Shown here: piece after piece, positions 7,715-17,719 of the stretch | Position numbering within the stretch: position 1 is the stretch's first letter | How the letters are laid out: every line of letters begins with the position of its first letter | Source of the DNA: an uncultured Hyphomicrobiales bacterium | GTDB taxonomy: Bacteria; Pseudomonadota; Alphaproteobacteria; Rhizobiales; TMED25 | DNA length: 64,000 bases | Reading direction: 5' to 3' | NCBI GenBank assembly: GCA_905181735.1 | Contig: CAJIYR010000006.1 | Location: 803 to 64,802 of the forward strand | Translations under genes and position numbers: made by a program | The notes under the pieces: generated by a model | What the model saw: only the letters and a program-made list of their open reading frames with translations | The model's database searches: none | Told to the model about the DNA's origin: nothing

Positions 7715-8206
7715 CTAGCGTATTTTATATTGAAAATTTTGTGTTGTAGAATTAATACTGATTAGCTCTGCCCCATTCCTAATATGATAATGCGTTGCAA
7801 TGGGTGTAAGCGGTGATAGCGTTATAATCTTTTCTATCTGTGGCATGTCTTTAATAATATGGTTAGTAAGTTTCTTTATAATTTCTCTTCCTGCACCACG
7901 TTTTCTAGACCATACCGTATACGCTACAGCGATAGTTGCATTTTTTTCTAGATAAGAATTTTTGCTCATTAGCTCTAATTCTTTTTCAGTGTTAGGGATT
8001 TCATTTGTAAATGCAATACAAACAATACCTTCTATATTATCTTCGTATTTAAGGCCGTATATTTTTCTGTCATAGCTTGTGCGAAATTTTAAATCAAGCG
8101 CAGGTCTTACAGGGTCTTCTGATACATCAATATCAAATAATTCAACTAATTCAGTACCCTTTACCCATTTAAAAAAATTATCAACTCGATTCATGAATGT
8201 TTTCAT
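7715..8206 (-). CDS. hypothetical protein, possible GNAT-fold acyltransferase
   Basis: 163 aa. The sequence …WSRKRGAGREIIKKL… resembles GNAT motif A (R/Q-x-x-G-x-G/A). The assignment is weak. Confidence 0.35.
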   Translation of the reverse strand: MKTFMNRVDNFFKWVKGTELVELFDIDVSEDPVRPALDLKFRTSYDRKIYGLKYEDNIEGIVCIAFTNEIPNTEKELELMSKNSYLEKNATIAVAYTVWSRKRGAGREIIKKLTNHIIKDMPQIEKIITLSPLTPIATHYHIRNGAELISINSTTQNFQYKIR

Positions 8207-8483
8207 TGTAAATACCTTTGAATATGTTTTAAATATTTTTGTGATGTAATCTCAGTTTATCTGATACACATTTATACTATTACATAACAAGATAAGATAT
8301 AAATATAAAATCTTATATTTACAATAAGGGTATTTCATAATTAAAGAAGTTATAGGTATAATAATAGCAGCGATAAGCATTATAATTATTTTGCATTACT
8401 CTGCAAAATTATTACAATATATTCTTTAGATTTTAGAACAGAATAATTTGACTTTGATTAATTAATTTATACAGGAGTTTATA

Positions 8484-9473
8484 GTGGTTAGTATTGCTGT
8501 TATTGGAGCTGGACTATCAGGTTTAGTGGTTGCTAATTTATTAAAAGATAATGCCAAGGTTACTGTTTTTGAAAAAGCTCGTGGTGCAAGCGGTAGATTG
8601 TCAACTAGACGAGCTGAGCCTTATTTTTTTGATCATGGAGCGCAATTTTTTAAAGCAAAAACACCAGAATTTCAAGCCTTCCTTACCCCTATGATGGAGC
8701 TAGGTATTATAAAAGAATGGAATGCGCGTTTTGTAGAATTCATGAAAACAGACGTCATTAATAAGCGTCTTTGGAATGGCACAAACCCGAATTATGTTGG
8801 GGTTCCAGGTATGAGTGCAATTTGCAAATACTTAGCCAAAGATATCGATATTCAATTTAGTACCCGTGTTAGTGAGATGGTAGATAATGGTTCATGGAAA
8901 CTCCTTGATAGCGATAGAAATGATCTCGGCAGTTTTGATTGGGTTATTTCGACGGCTCCAGCACAACAAACAGCTGAATTAATGCCAAAATCATTTTTAT
9001 ATTATGACTCTGTTTGTTCTACTAAGATGGTTAGTTGTTTTACTTTAATGCTTGGATTTAATAAAGAATTGCCAATAGACTTTGATGCGGCATTGGTTGG
9101 TGGTTCAGACATTAGCTGGATTTCAGTTAATAGTTCTAAACCAGGAAGAGCTAAAGGCTATAGCCTTGTAATTCACTCAACAAATAAATGGGCGGAAGAG
9201 CATCTACACGACGATAGAAAAGAGATCATGGAGTATATATGTCGTCACGCTAGTGGTATTATTGGAGTCGATCTTACTTCCGCAGATCACAAAAATATAC
9301 ATGGTTGGCATTATGCTAATATCGAAAAACAGCCAAAGCAGGATTTATTTATCGATGAAAGACAGAAATTAGCTGTTTGTGGAGATTGGTGTATTCAAGG
9401 AATAGCTGAGGCAGCTTTTACTAGTGCATTTAATATTTCAAATAAAATAAATGAAATCATATCGGGTAAGTAA
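8484..9473 (+). CDS. NAD(P)/FAD-dependent oxidoreductase (COG3380, renalase/amine-oxidase fold)
   Basis: N-terminal IAVIGAGLSGL dinucleotide-binding motif, a C-terminal …CGDW… motif, GTG start and an AGGAG RBS. Confidence 0.75.
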   Translation: MVSIAVIGAGLSGLVVANLLKDNAKVTVFEKARGASGRLSTRRAEPYFFDHGAQFFKAKTPEFQAFLTPMMELGIIKEWNARFVEFMKTDVINKRLWNGTNPNYVGVPGMSAICKYLAKDIDIQFSTRVSEMVDNGSWKLLDSDRNDLGSFDWVISTAPAQQTAELMPKSFLYYDSVCSTKMVSCFTLMLGFNKELPIDFDAALVGGSDISWISVNSSKPGRAKGYSLVIHSTNKWAEEHLHDDRKEIMEYICRHASGIIGVDLTSADHKNIHGWHYANIEKQPKQDLFIDERQKLAVCGDWCIQGIAEAAFTSAFNISNKINEIISGK

Positions 9474-9555
9474 GTCTTTCTTGAATATAAATAGCTTGAG
9501 AGCTTGCAATTATCGGTTTACTGTAAATTTAGCAAATTTATTGATGTGAATTATA

Positions 9556-10548
9556 ATGCATGATGAAGTATTAAAAATGGGTCCACATGATGTGGGTGGA
9601 GAGAAGTATCTTCAAATAGATACCGAAGATCATGGGATGACCTATTGGGAAAAATTTTCTAATGGGTTGAGAATAGCAGTATCTGCAAAGAAAATTATTA
9701 CTTTAGATGAATTGAGACTAACCGCCGAGAAATTTGGCGATGAATATTTTCAAATGGAATATTTTGAAAGAAATGGTAAGGCTCTTACCCATGCTTGTTT
9801 GAATAAAAAGTTGCTAACGGATAAAGAGCTTATAGCAGGAAAGAAAAGGCATAAAGAAAATTTTACGATCCCCATGATTGAATTACCGGACCCAAAGTCA
9901 ATAATTCATTTGCATGATGGAGAGCCACATACTCATAGTAGAGATGATTTTCAGGAAGATGAAAAAGGTGAGGGACCTCCAGACTATTTTCTAGAAATGT
10001 TGACGATAGCAGATATCTTGACAGAAAAAAAATTAATAAAAATGGAAGATATTTTTCTTAAAATTGAACAGTTTGATAATCAATTTCCAACCAGAGGAAT
10101 TGATGTTGTTACCAGAGCATGGGTTGATAATTCATTCAGGGATTTTTTGATTAACGATGCTAAAAATGCAATCATTGATATTGGAATAAAGTTAGAATCT
10201 TTTGCCGATATTATTTGCATGCCTCAAAGTGATAAAACGCACCATCTTGTTGTTTGTACGCTTTGCTCATGTTATCCAAGAGCTCTATTAGGAATGCCAC
10301 CTTCTTGGTATAAATCACGAAGCTACCGTTCTCGTGTTGTCTATGAGCCTCGAAAAGTATTAGAAGAGTTTGGTACAATAATTCCTGATTCTGTTGAAGT
10401 TAAAGTTCATGACTCTAATGCGGATATGAGATATTTAATATTACCGCAACGCCCTAAAGGAACAGAAGGTTGGTCTGAAAGTGCGCTTTCAGCTCTTATA
10501 AGTAGGGACCACTTGGTTGGCGTAAGGTTACCTAAAAATGTTATATGA
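9556..10548 (+). CDS. nitrile hydratase-family fusion protein: beta-subunit N-terminal half + His-rich linker + Co-type alpha subunit
   Basis: N-terminus (M)GPHDVGG…YWEKF…YFERNGKAL…LLTDKEL matches the NHase beta N-domain. The C-terminal ~180 aa carry VVCTLCSCYPRALLGMPPSWYKSRSYRSRVV…EVKVHDSNADMRYLILPQRP…, the alpha-subunit metal site (the CTLCSCY form is the Co type). An alternative start is ATG 9577. Confidence 0.85.
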   Translation: MHDEVLKMGPHDVGGEKYLQIDTEDHGMTYWEKFSNGLRIAVSAKKIITLDELRLTAEKFGDEYFQMEYFERNGKALTHACLNKKLLTDKELIAGKKRHKENFTIPMIELPDPKSIIHLHDGEPHTHSRDDFQEDEKGEGPPDYFLEMLTIADILTEKKLIKMEDIFLKIEQFDNQFPTRGIDVVTRAWVDNSFRDFLINDAKNAIIDIGIKLESFADIICMPQSDKTHHLVVCTLCSCYPRALLGMPPSWYKSRSYRSRVVYEPRKVLEEFGTIIPDSVEVKVHDSNADMRYLILPQRPKGTEGWSESALSALISRDHLVGVRLPKNVI

Positions 10549-10852
10549 TAATAAAACTTCTTCATTCCCCTGTTTCGATAAAGACTCTGGCATTAGAGTT
10601 GCTAAGAGAAGTTCTGAAGGGCATTGCAGAACCCCAGCATATATAAGGGGGAAAATAGGAGTGATTGAAAGATATTGTGGTAATTTTCCAAATCCTGAAC
10701 AAATTGCTATCTGTCATCCTAAGCCAGATATCATTCCATTGTATAGATGCAGGTTTTATCAAAAAGATATTTGGTCGCATTATACAGGCAATGATTGTGA
10801 TACTCTAGAGCTTGAAATTTTTGAGCATTGGCTTGAGCCAGCCACATTTTAA
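10538..10852 (+). CDS. nitrile hydratase beta-subunit C-terminal (SH3-like) half as a separate small subunit
   Basis: 104 aa. The sequence …EGHCRTPAYIRGKIGVIERYCGNFPNPE…PLYRCRFYQKDIW…LELEIFEHWLEP aligns by eye with the C-terminal third of NHase beta (…GHxRxPxYxRGxxGxI…FPxP…YxVxF…LW…VDLxExYLEP). It overlaps the upstream gene by 11 nt. Confidence 0.8.
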   Translation: MLYDNKTSSFPCFDKDSGIRVAKRSSEGHCRTPAYIRGKIGVIERYCGNFPNPEQIAICHPKPDIIPLYRCRFYQKDIWSHYTGNDCDTLELEIFEHWLEPATF

Positions 10853-10857
10853 TATGA

Positions 10858-11652
10858 TTAATTATCCAGCCAATACTGATTGATTTTCTTAAAGGCTTTA
10901 AGCCCGTTCTCTTTTCTTTTAGATGCGGTAATATCACCCCAATCTAATACAGCTACCTTGTAGGCTTTTCTATTAGAAATTCTTTCATACCAATTATCTA
11001 AATATCTCAGATCACTCCATAATGGTGCCATCATAAATGATTCAAGTCTTTGTAAATATACAACTAAAGCAATATCTGCAAGTGAGTAGTTATCATTTAC
11101 TAGCCACTTGTGAGTTTTTAAATGGTTATCCATTTCGGTAAATAATTTTTTAAATTGTGCAATGGCATTTGGTAACAGAGGAGATTCAAGGCCATATTCA
11201 ATATTTATTTGATCATTATTTTTACGAACGTCATCTTTCATTTTATCGTAATATTTTTTAATTAACTCAGGGTCTTTTTCTTCATAAATATGTCTATTAA
11301 CAAGGCATACGCCGATAGTTCTGCTTGCAACATGAATGCCATCATCAATTTTCTTCATCCATAATCTCATGTCAGCCTTATCCTCAGAACTATCTGGGCG
11401 GAAGCTGGGGGTAGGAAATTTATCTTCAAGGTATTCTAATATCACAACGGATTCTGGTATAGCCTTCCCTTCGTGTATAATTACTGGAGTAAGACCTTTT
11501 GGGTTAAGCGTATAATAATTTTCTGGTAGATCGTCAATATCACCGCGTGCAGTATCTACTATTACACTTTCCCACTCTAATTGTTTTTCTTCAAGAAGAA
11601 GCCTTACTCTTTGACATGCCGTGGATCTATCGTAATGAAAAACTTTAATCAT
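10858..11652 (-). CDS. glutathione S-transferase family protein
   Basis: Thioredoxin-like N-domain (…LTPVIIHEGKAIPESVVILEYLEDKFP…) followed by a helical C-domain; 264 aa. Confidence 0.7.
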   Translation of the reverse strand: MIKVFHYDRSTACQRVRLLLEEKQLEWESVIVDTARGDIDDLPENYYTLNPKGLTPVIIHEGKAIPESVVILEYLEDKFPTPSFRPDSSEDKADMRLWMKKIDDGIHVASRTIGVCLVNRHIYEEKDPELIKKYYDKMKDDVRKNNDQINIEYGLESPLLPNAIAQFKKLFTEMDNHLKTHKWLVNDNYSLADIALVVYLQRLESFMMAPLWSDLRYLDNWYERISNRKAYKVAVLDWGDITASKRKENGLKAFKKINQYWLDN

Positions 11653-11697
11653 AATACCCCCTAAATATATTTTTCGATCATAGAATTATTATTTAAG

Positions 11698-12081
11698 TTA
11701 CGGAACGACTTCTAAGCAAACATCATTCGAACAGTTAAATTCTTTTGATCGATTTCCTTTGTTGTTATAAATAATTTTTTTACCATGTTTTTGACCTTCT
11801 GTATAATTTGTTTCAGATTTTATTTGCCCATTTCTGTCCCAAAATGTCCAAATTCCATCTTTTAGTCCATCTTTATAATAACCTTCATACCATTTCTTGT
11901 CACTAATATCCCATATGCATAAGCTTCGTCCTGTAAAGGGAGTTTTTTTGTTTAAAAGATAAAGAATGCCGTAAATTTTCTTCGCATCCATATCATCGCA
12001 GATAGTCTTTGTCCGTAATATAAAAAGCACTAGAGCAATTGCTACGAGAAATATTACTATGTAATTGAAATACTTTTTCAT
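11698..12081 (-). CDS. membrane-anchored MORN-variant repeat protein (YwqK-like)
   Basis: N-terminal TM helix followed by YYKDGLKDGIWTFWDRNGQIKSETNYTEGQKHGKKIIYNNKG repeats. Confidence 0.6.
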   Translation of the reverse strand: MKKYFNYIVIFLVAIALVLFILRTKTICDDMDAKKIYGILYLLNKKTPFTGRSLCIWDISDKKWYEGYYKDGLKDGIWTFWDRNGQIKSETNYTEGQKHGKKIIYNNKGNRSKEFNCSNDVCLEVVP

Positions 12082-12105
12082 AATGACTTTTCAGGCTTCG
12101 TAGAT

Positions 12106-12555
12106 TTATTTTTTCTCAATACTCTCAAGATATTTCGCAAGTCCTGTAATCAGGGTATCCTCCGGACCTTCTTGCAATTCTTTTGATTCACTGTACCCCA
12201 TTTCAAAGCCCTCTTTGTACAATTTTCCTTCTTTGTGATATTTTTGAGTATTACTTATAATTGTAATCGTTTGTTTTTCTCCATAAAAACCATGAAAAAA
12301 AGATAGAAGAGCTTTATTTACACTCACGCTATCATTAAAAATAGTAATTTGGAGGAAACAGGTTACAAAACCTGTTAAATAACCGTATATGAATTTTTTT
12401 TTCGGGAGGGTATTTATGAATTCCCCTTCTTTTAATAGCTGTCCACCTGAAGTCTTTGTCAGAACGATTTGAGTAACCAATAGATCTTTTATTACTTGTA
12501 CTAAGTATTTAAATTTCTCTGGGTCTTGCTCACACGCCGGTACATTCTTATTCAT
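12106..12555 (-). CDS. hypothetical protein
   Basis: 149-aa ORF co-directional with its neighbours. No recognisable family. Confidence 0.4.
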   Translation of the reverse strand: MNKNVPACEQDPEKFKYLVQVIKDLLVTQIVLTKTSGGQLLKEGEFINTLPKKKFIYGYLTGFVTCFLQITIFNDSVSVNKALLSFFHGFYGEKQTITIISNTQKYHKEGKLYKEGFEMGYSESKELQEGPEDTLITGLAKYLESIEKK

Positions 12556-12575
12556 AGTTAAATATCCTAAATTTT

Positions 12576-13214
12576 TTAATACTGAACAACATTATCATCT
12601 ATATAACACCAAAGATAGAAAGTAGCGACAGTTCTCCAAGGCTTCCAATTTTGTGATAATTCAACTATTTTATAATCAAGATCTGTTTTAGATAGATTTT
12701 TAATGCCATAGGTATTTTTAATTGAATTTATTAGACCAATATCCTTCGATGGAAATATATCAGGTTTCTGGCAATGGAATATTAAAAACATGTCTATTGT
12801 CCAGGGACCGATGCCTTTAATTTTGATTAGTTCATTATAGAGCACGCCAACATCACTATTTAAGAAGTAATTATTTTCAAGTCTTTGTGGATCGTTTATA
12901 AAAAAAATTGCGATATTTTTTAAATAATTGATTTTTTGCCTTGATAGACCTATCTCTCGCAAAGATTTATTATCACATGAGTATATATTTTCTGGATTTA
13001 TATTTTTTTGGCAAGAAATTTCAAGTCTTTGGTAGAGCTTATCAGCAACTTTTACAGAAATTTGCTGCCCAACAATTGACTTTACTAATGTAACAAAGGG
13101 GTTCTTATGGCTTATTAATTTAGCATGAGAATATTTTTTAATAATATTGCCAAGCAAAGCATCAGAATTAATAAGATAATCTTTTGCTTCGCTCCAATAT
13201 TCAGGAACCATCAA
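12576..13214 (-). CDS. alkA: DNA-3-methyladenine glycosylase II (AlkA-type, HhH-GPD superfamily)
   Basis: Helix-hairpin-helix region …IKGIGPWTIDMFLIF… and the …FPSKDIGL… catalytic Asp region. Confidence 0.75.
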   Translation of the reverse strand: MMVPEYWSEAKDYLINSDALLGNIIKKYSHAKLISHKNPFVTLVKSIVGQQISVKVADKLYQRLEISCQKNINPENIYSCDNKSLREIGLSRQKINYLKNIAIFFINDPQRLENNYFLNSDVGVLYNELIKIKGIGPWTIDMFLIFHCQKPDIFPSKDIGLINSIKNTYGIKNLSKTDLDYKIVELSQNWKPWRTVATFYLWCYIDDNVVQY

Positions 13215-13262
13215 GTCTGTTGAATTGATTTGTATAGTGGTTTTAATAAATTCTTACCAAAT

Positions 13263-13718
<456 letters not shown>

Positions 13719-13846
13719 TATATTGTATCCTTAATTTACTATATTAAAAATTATTGCCACGAGCCACTCTATATTGTCAAAAGAAAATATTATTATTTAT
13801 CAATATTATCATAATATGTTAATAAACATTATATTTAATATATGAG

Positions 13847-15199
13847 ATGACAATGGAAATTAAAAATAAAAAATCGATAAAAGCATTTAATACTCCTGGA
13901 TTAAAAGGCAAAATTACAATTCCAGGAGACAAGTCAATATCTCATAGAGCATTGATACTAGGTTCAATGTGTGTAGGCAAGACTATAATTAAAGGATTGC
14001 TTGAATCGGAGGATATTTTTTCTACAATAAACGCATTAATTAAATTTGGAGTTGATATTGAACGAAAAGAAAATGGTGATTTTGTAGTTCATGGTGTTGG
14101 CGTTGGTGGACATTTACAACCTGACGAACCTGTATATCTTGGTAATTCAGGTACAAGCGCTAGATTATTAATTGGCTTGGTTTCAAGTTGCGATATAACT
14201 GTAGATTTTTTAGGAGACGAGTCTCTTTCATCACGTCCTATGAATAGAATTATTGACCCAATAATTAGGATAGGAGCTGAAGTTATTAAGGGTGATAAAA
14301 ATAAATTACCATTTACTGTAAAAGGTTCTTCCTCTCCATTACCAATTAAATATGAAATGAAAATACCATCAGCACAAATTAAATCTGCAATTATGATCTC
14401 AGCTTTAAATATCCGAGGAGAAACAACAATAATTGAGCCGGTGTTGACTAGAGATCATACGGAGAACTTATTGAATATATTTGGAGCTAATATATCAATA
14501 ACTAAGAATAAATTAGGTCATAAAAGCATAAGTATTAGGGGTCACAAAGAGTTAAAACCAACAAATATTGTAGTTCCAGGAGATCCAAGTTCTGCGGCCT
14601 TTATTATAGTGGCAGCGCTTATTGTTCCGGGTTCCAGTGTTGTTATTAAAAATGTAATGATAAATAAGACCAGATCTATTTTTATAGATTTTTTAATTGA
14701 AATGGGCGCTGATATTATATTTTTGTCAGAATATCAAAATAGCGGCGAGAAAGTGGTCGATTTAAAAGTAAATTATAGTCAATTATATGGTATCGATATT
14801 CCATCCACAGCTGCACCAGCTATGATTGATGAGTATTTAATAATTTCTATTGCAGCTGCATACGCCAAAGGAAAAACTTTATTAAAGGGTTTGGGTGAGC
14901 TAAGGGTTAAGGAGAGTGATAGATTTAGTGCTATAAAAAATATTCTACAATTGGCAGGAGTTAGATTTGAATCCTTTGATGATGATATAGTAATATATGG
15001 GAATAGTGGGTCTGTAAAAGGTGGGTGTTTAATAGACACAAATTTAGACCACAGAGTAGCAATGGCTTCAATTGTTATGGGATTAGGCGCTGAAGAACCA
15101 ATAGAGATTGATGATGGTAGCTCTATCAACACAAGTTTTTCTGAGTTTTTTGGTATTATGAAGACTTTAGGCGGAAACATAAAAAACAATGAAAAGTAA
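13847..15199 (+). CDS. aroA: 3-phosphoshikimate 1-carboxyvinyltransferase (EPSP synthase)
   Basis: 450 aa with …PGDKSISHRALILGS…, …LGNSGTSARLL… and …RVKESDR… motifs. Confidence 0.95.
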   Translation: MTMEIKNKKSIKAFNTPGLKGKITIPGDKSISHRALILGSMCVGKTIIKGLLESEDIFSTINALIKFGVDIERKENGDFVVHGVGVGGHLQPDEPVYLGNSGTSARLLIGLVSSCDITVDFLGDESLSSRPMNRIIDPIIRIGAEVIKGDKNKLPFTVKGSSSPLPIKYEMKIPSAQIKSAIMISALNIRGETTIIEPVLTRDHTENLLNIFGANISITKNKLGHKSISIRGHKELKPTNIVVPGDPSSAAFIIVAALIVPGSSVVIKNVMINKTRSIFIDFLIEMGADIIFLSEYQNSGEKVVDLKVNYSQLYGIDIPSTAAPAMIDEYLIISIAAAYAKGKTLLKGLGELRVKESDRFSAIKNILQLAGVRFESFDDDIVIYGNSGSVKGGCLIDTNLDHRVAMASIVMGLGAEEPIEIDDGSSINTSFSEFFGIMKTLGGNIKNNEK

Positions 15200-15839
15200 T
15201 AGCTTAGTGATAGCAATAGATGGAACTGCAGCAAGTGGAAAAGGTACATTAGGAAAAAAGCTTGCTGAATCCTACAAAATCCCTTATTTAGATACTGGTA
15301 ATCTATATAGATCAGTTGCCTCTCTTATGTTAAGTGAGAATGTTGACCTAAATGACCAAGGAATCGCTATAAGGATAGCTAAATCACTTGATCTAAAAAC
15401 TGTAAATGTTTTTAATAATAGGAATATAGAAGTTACAAACGCATCCTCTATAATCGCACAATTTGAGGGTGTTAGAAATGTTTTATTGGATTTTCAAAGA
15501 GAATTTGCTAAAGATGGTGCAGTCGTTGATGGAAGAGATATAGGTACAATTGTTCTGCCAAATGCAGATCAAAAGTTTTATATAACAGCTTCGTTAGAGG
15601 TTAGAGCGAAAAGAAGATTTGAACAATATAAAGAAAATAATGAAAAAATTGATTTAAAAACAATAAAGTATGATATAGAAGCAAGAGATAAAAGAGATAA
15701 AGAAAGAAGTATTGCGCCGTTAAAAATAGCTGATGACGCAATAATAATCGATACTTCCAACTTATGTATAAAATCTGTTTTTGATTTTGCTGCTGGGCAT
15801 ATAAATAATAATTTAAATACAAATAAATATAAAGTTTAG
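15189..15839 (+). CDS. cmk: cytidylate kinase
   Basis: P-loop …IAIDGTAASGKGTLGKKLA… and …YLDTGNLYR…. It overlaps aroA by 11 nt. Confidence 0.95.
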   Translation: MKSNSLVIAIDGTAASGKGTLGKKLAESYKIPYLDTGNLYRSVASLMLSENVDLNDQGIAIRIAKSLDLKTVNVFNNRNIEVTNASSIIAQFEGVRNVLLDFQREFAKDGAVVDGRDIGTIVLPNADQKFYITASLEVRAKRRFEQYKENNEKIDLKTIKYDIEARDKRDKERSIAPLKIADDAIIIDTSNLCIKSVFDFAAGHINNNLNTNKYKV

Positions 15840-15847
15840 GAGATTGC

Positions 15848-17689
15848 ATGGAAGACCAAATTTTAAACCAAATGAATCCAACTATTGATGAATTTGCCTT
15901 ACTTCTTGATGAGAGTATGAGTAAAATGAGCCTTGCAGAAGGTCGCATTGTAACAGGAACTGTTATAGCTATTGAAAATGATTTTGCTATTGTTGATATT
16001 GGTCTTAAAACAGAGGGAAGGGTTCCTCTGAAAGAATTTAAATCTCCAACCAATAAAGTACTTCCAGGAGTTGGTGATGAAATTGAAGTCTTTCTAGATA
16101 GAGTTGAAAATTCAAACGGTGAAGCCGTTTTAAGTCGTGAAAAAGCAAAGCGTGAAGAAAGCTGGGATATATTACAAAAACTTCATGACGATAATGTAAA
16201 AGTTGATGGTATCATTTCTGGAAGAGTAAAAGGTGGATTCACAGTTGAGCTCGATGGTGCAATTGCATTCCTTCCTGGTAGCCAGGTTGATGTAAGGCCT
16301 ATAAGAGATATAGGATCAATGTTAAATGTATCTCAACCTTTTTTGATACTAAAGATGGACAAAAAAAGAGGGAATATAGTTGTCTCAAGGAGAGCTGTTC
16401 TTGAAGAAACACGTGCAGAACAAAGGACAGAGCTTGTAGATAATCTTGCAGAAGGCCAAACTGTTGAAGGTATTGTTAAAAATATTACTGATTATGGAGC
16501 TTTCATTGATTTAGGAGGAATTGACGGACTTCTTCACGTTACAGATATATCATGGAGAAGAGTTAGTCATCCTAGTGATTTATTAAAACTAGGTCAGACA
16601 GTTAAAGTGCAAATTGTAAAAATTAACCCAGAAACTAAACGTGTTAGCCTCGGAATGAAACAATTAGAAGAAGATCCTTGGGAAAATATTCACATAAGAT
16701 ATCCGATTAATTCTAAATTTAAGGGTATTGTAACAAATATTACTGATTACGGTGCTTTTGTAGAATTAGAGCCAGGCGTTGAGGGCTTAGCTCACGTTTC
16801 AGAAATGAGTTGGACAAAAAAAAATGTACATCCAGGAAAGATTGTTTCAAGTTCACAAGAAACAGAAGTAGCAATTCTAGAAATAGATGTGCCGAAGAGA
16901 CGTATCTCTTTGGGTATGAAACAATGTATTGATAATCCTTGGTCCACGTTTGCTGAAAATAATCCTGTGGGCTCTATTATTTCTGGGGAAGTAAAAAATT
17001 CAACAGAGTTTGGTTTATTTATTGGATTAGACGGAGACGTTGACGGTATGGTTCATACTTCTGACCTTGATTGGAATGAAAAGCCTGAAATAGCAATGGA
17101 GAATTATAAAAAAGGCCAAGTTATAGAGGCCAAAATTCTTGATATTGATATTGAAAAAGAAAGAATTAGTTTGGGTGTGAAGCAATTAGTTAAAGATACT
17201 CGTGTAAAAACTAATGATTTGAAAAAAGGTTCAGTAGTTACTTGTCATATTGTATCAGTCAGAGAAGGTGGCATTGATGTGACTATTGGTGAAAATGGAA
17301 CCGCAGCATCAATTAGAAGATCAGATTTATCAGTAGATAAATCAGAACAAAGACCAGAAAGATTTGCAGTAGGTGAGATGGTCGATGCTCGTATAATACA
17401 GGTTGATCCGAAAGGCAATAAAGTCACTCTCTCAATCAAAGCTTTACAAATTGCAGAGGAGAAAGAAGCTGTTCAACAATATGGTTCTGCAGATTCAGGA
17501 GCATCACTTGGGGATATTCTTGGAGAAGCTCTTAATCGTGGAAGCAAAGAAATAGAAGTAAAAGAAGAATCAGAGAAAAAACCTAAGAAGAGTGTTAAAA
17601 AAGTTGATTCTGAAATTAAAGATGAGGCCGAACCGACGGAAGTTAAGAAAAAAGTTACAAAAGCTAAGTCTTCTAAAGATTCAGATTGA
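15848..17689 (+). CDS. rpsA: 30S ribosomal protein S1 with a Lys/Glu-rich C-terminal extension
   Basis: Six S1 repeats (…GTVIAIENDFAIVDIG…, …DYGAFIDLGGIDGLLHV…, and others). At 613 aa, it is longer than I recall for other alphaproteobacterial S1 proteins. Confidence 0.95.
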   Translation: MEDQILNQMNPTIDEFALLLDESMSKMSLAEGRIVTGTVIAIENDFAIVDIGLKTEGRVPLKEFKSPTNKVLPGVGDEIEVFLDRVENSNGEAVLSREKAKREESWDILQKLHDDNVKVDGIISGRVKGGFTVELDGAIAFLPGSQVDVRPIRDIGSMLNVSQPFLILKMDKKRGNIVVSRRAVLEETRAEQRTELVDNLAEGQTVEGIVKNITDYGAFIDLGGIDGLLHVTDISWRRVSHPSDLLKLGQTVKVQIVKINPETKRVSLGMKQLEEDPWENIHIRYPINSKFKGIVTNITDYGAFVELEPGVEGLAHVSEMSWTKKNVHPGKIVSSSQETEVAILEIDVPKRRISLGMKQCIDNPWSTFAENNPVGSIISGEVKNSTEFGLFIGLDGDVDGMVHTSDLDWNEKPEIAMENYKKGQVIEAKILDIDIEKERISLGVKQLVKDTRVKTNDLKKGSVVTCHIVSVREGGIDVTIGENGTAASIRRSDLSVDKSEQRPERFAVGEMVDARIIQVDPKGNKVTLSIKALQIAEEKEAVQQYGSADSGASLGDILGEALNRGSKEIEVKEESEKKPKKSVKKVDSEIKDEAEPTEVKKKVTKAKSSKDSD

Positions 17690-17719
17690 TAAATAATTTT
17701 ATGAAATGGATATTGGACT

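Noticed and set aside
10562-10937. Minus-strand ORFs 10562..10780 and 10731..10937
   Set aside because: They overlap the NHase beta-C ORF and the 3' end of the GST gene. They have no motifs, and the plus-strand ORF has a strong family match.
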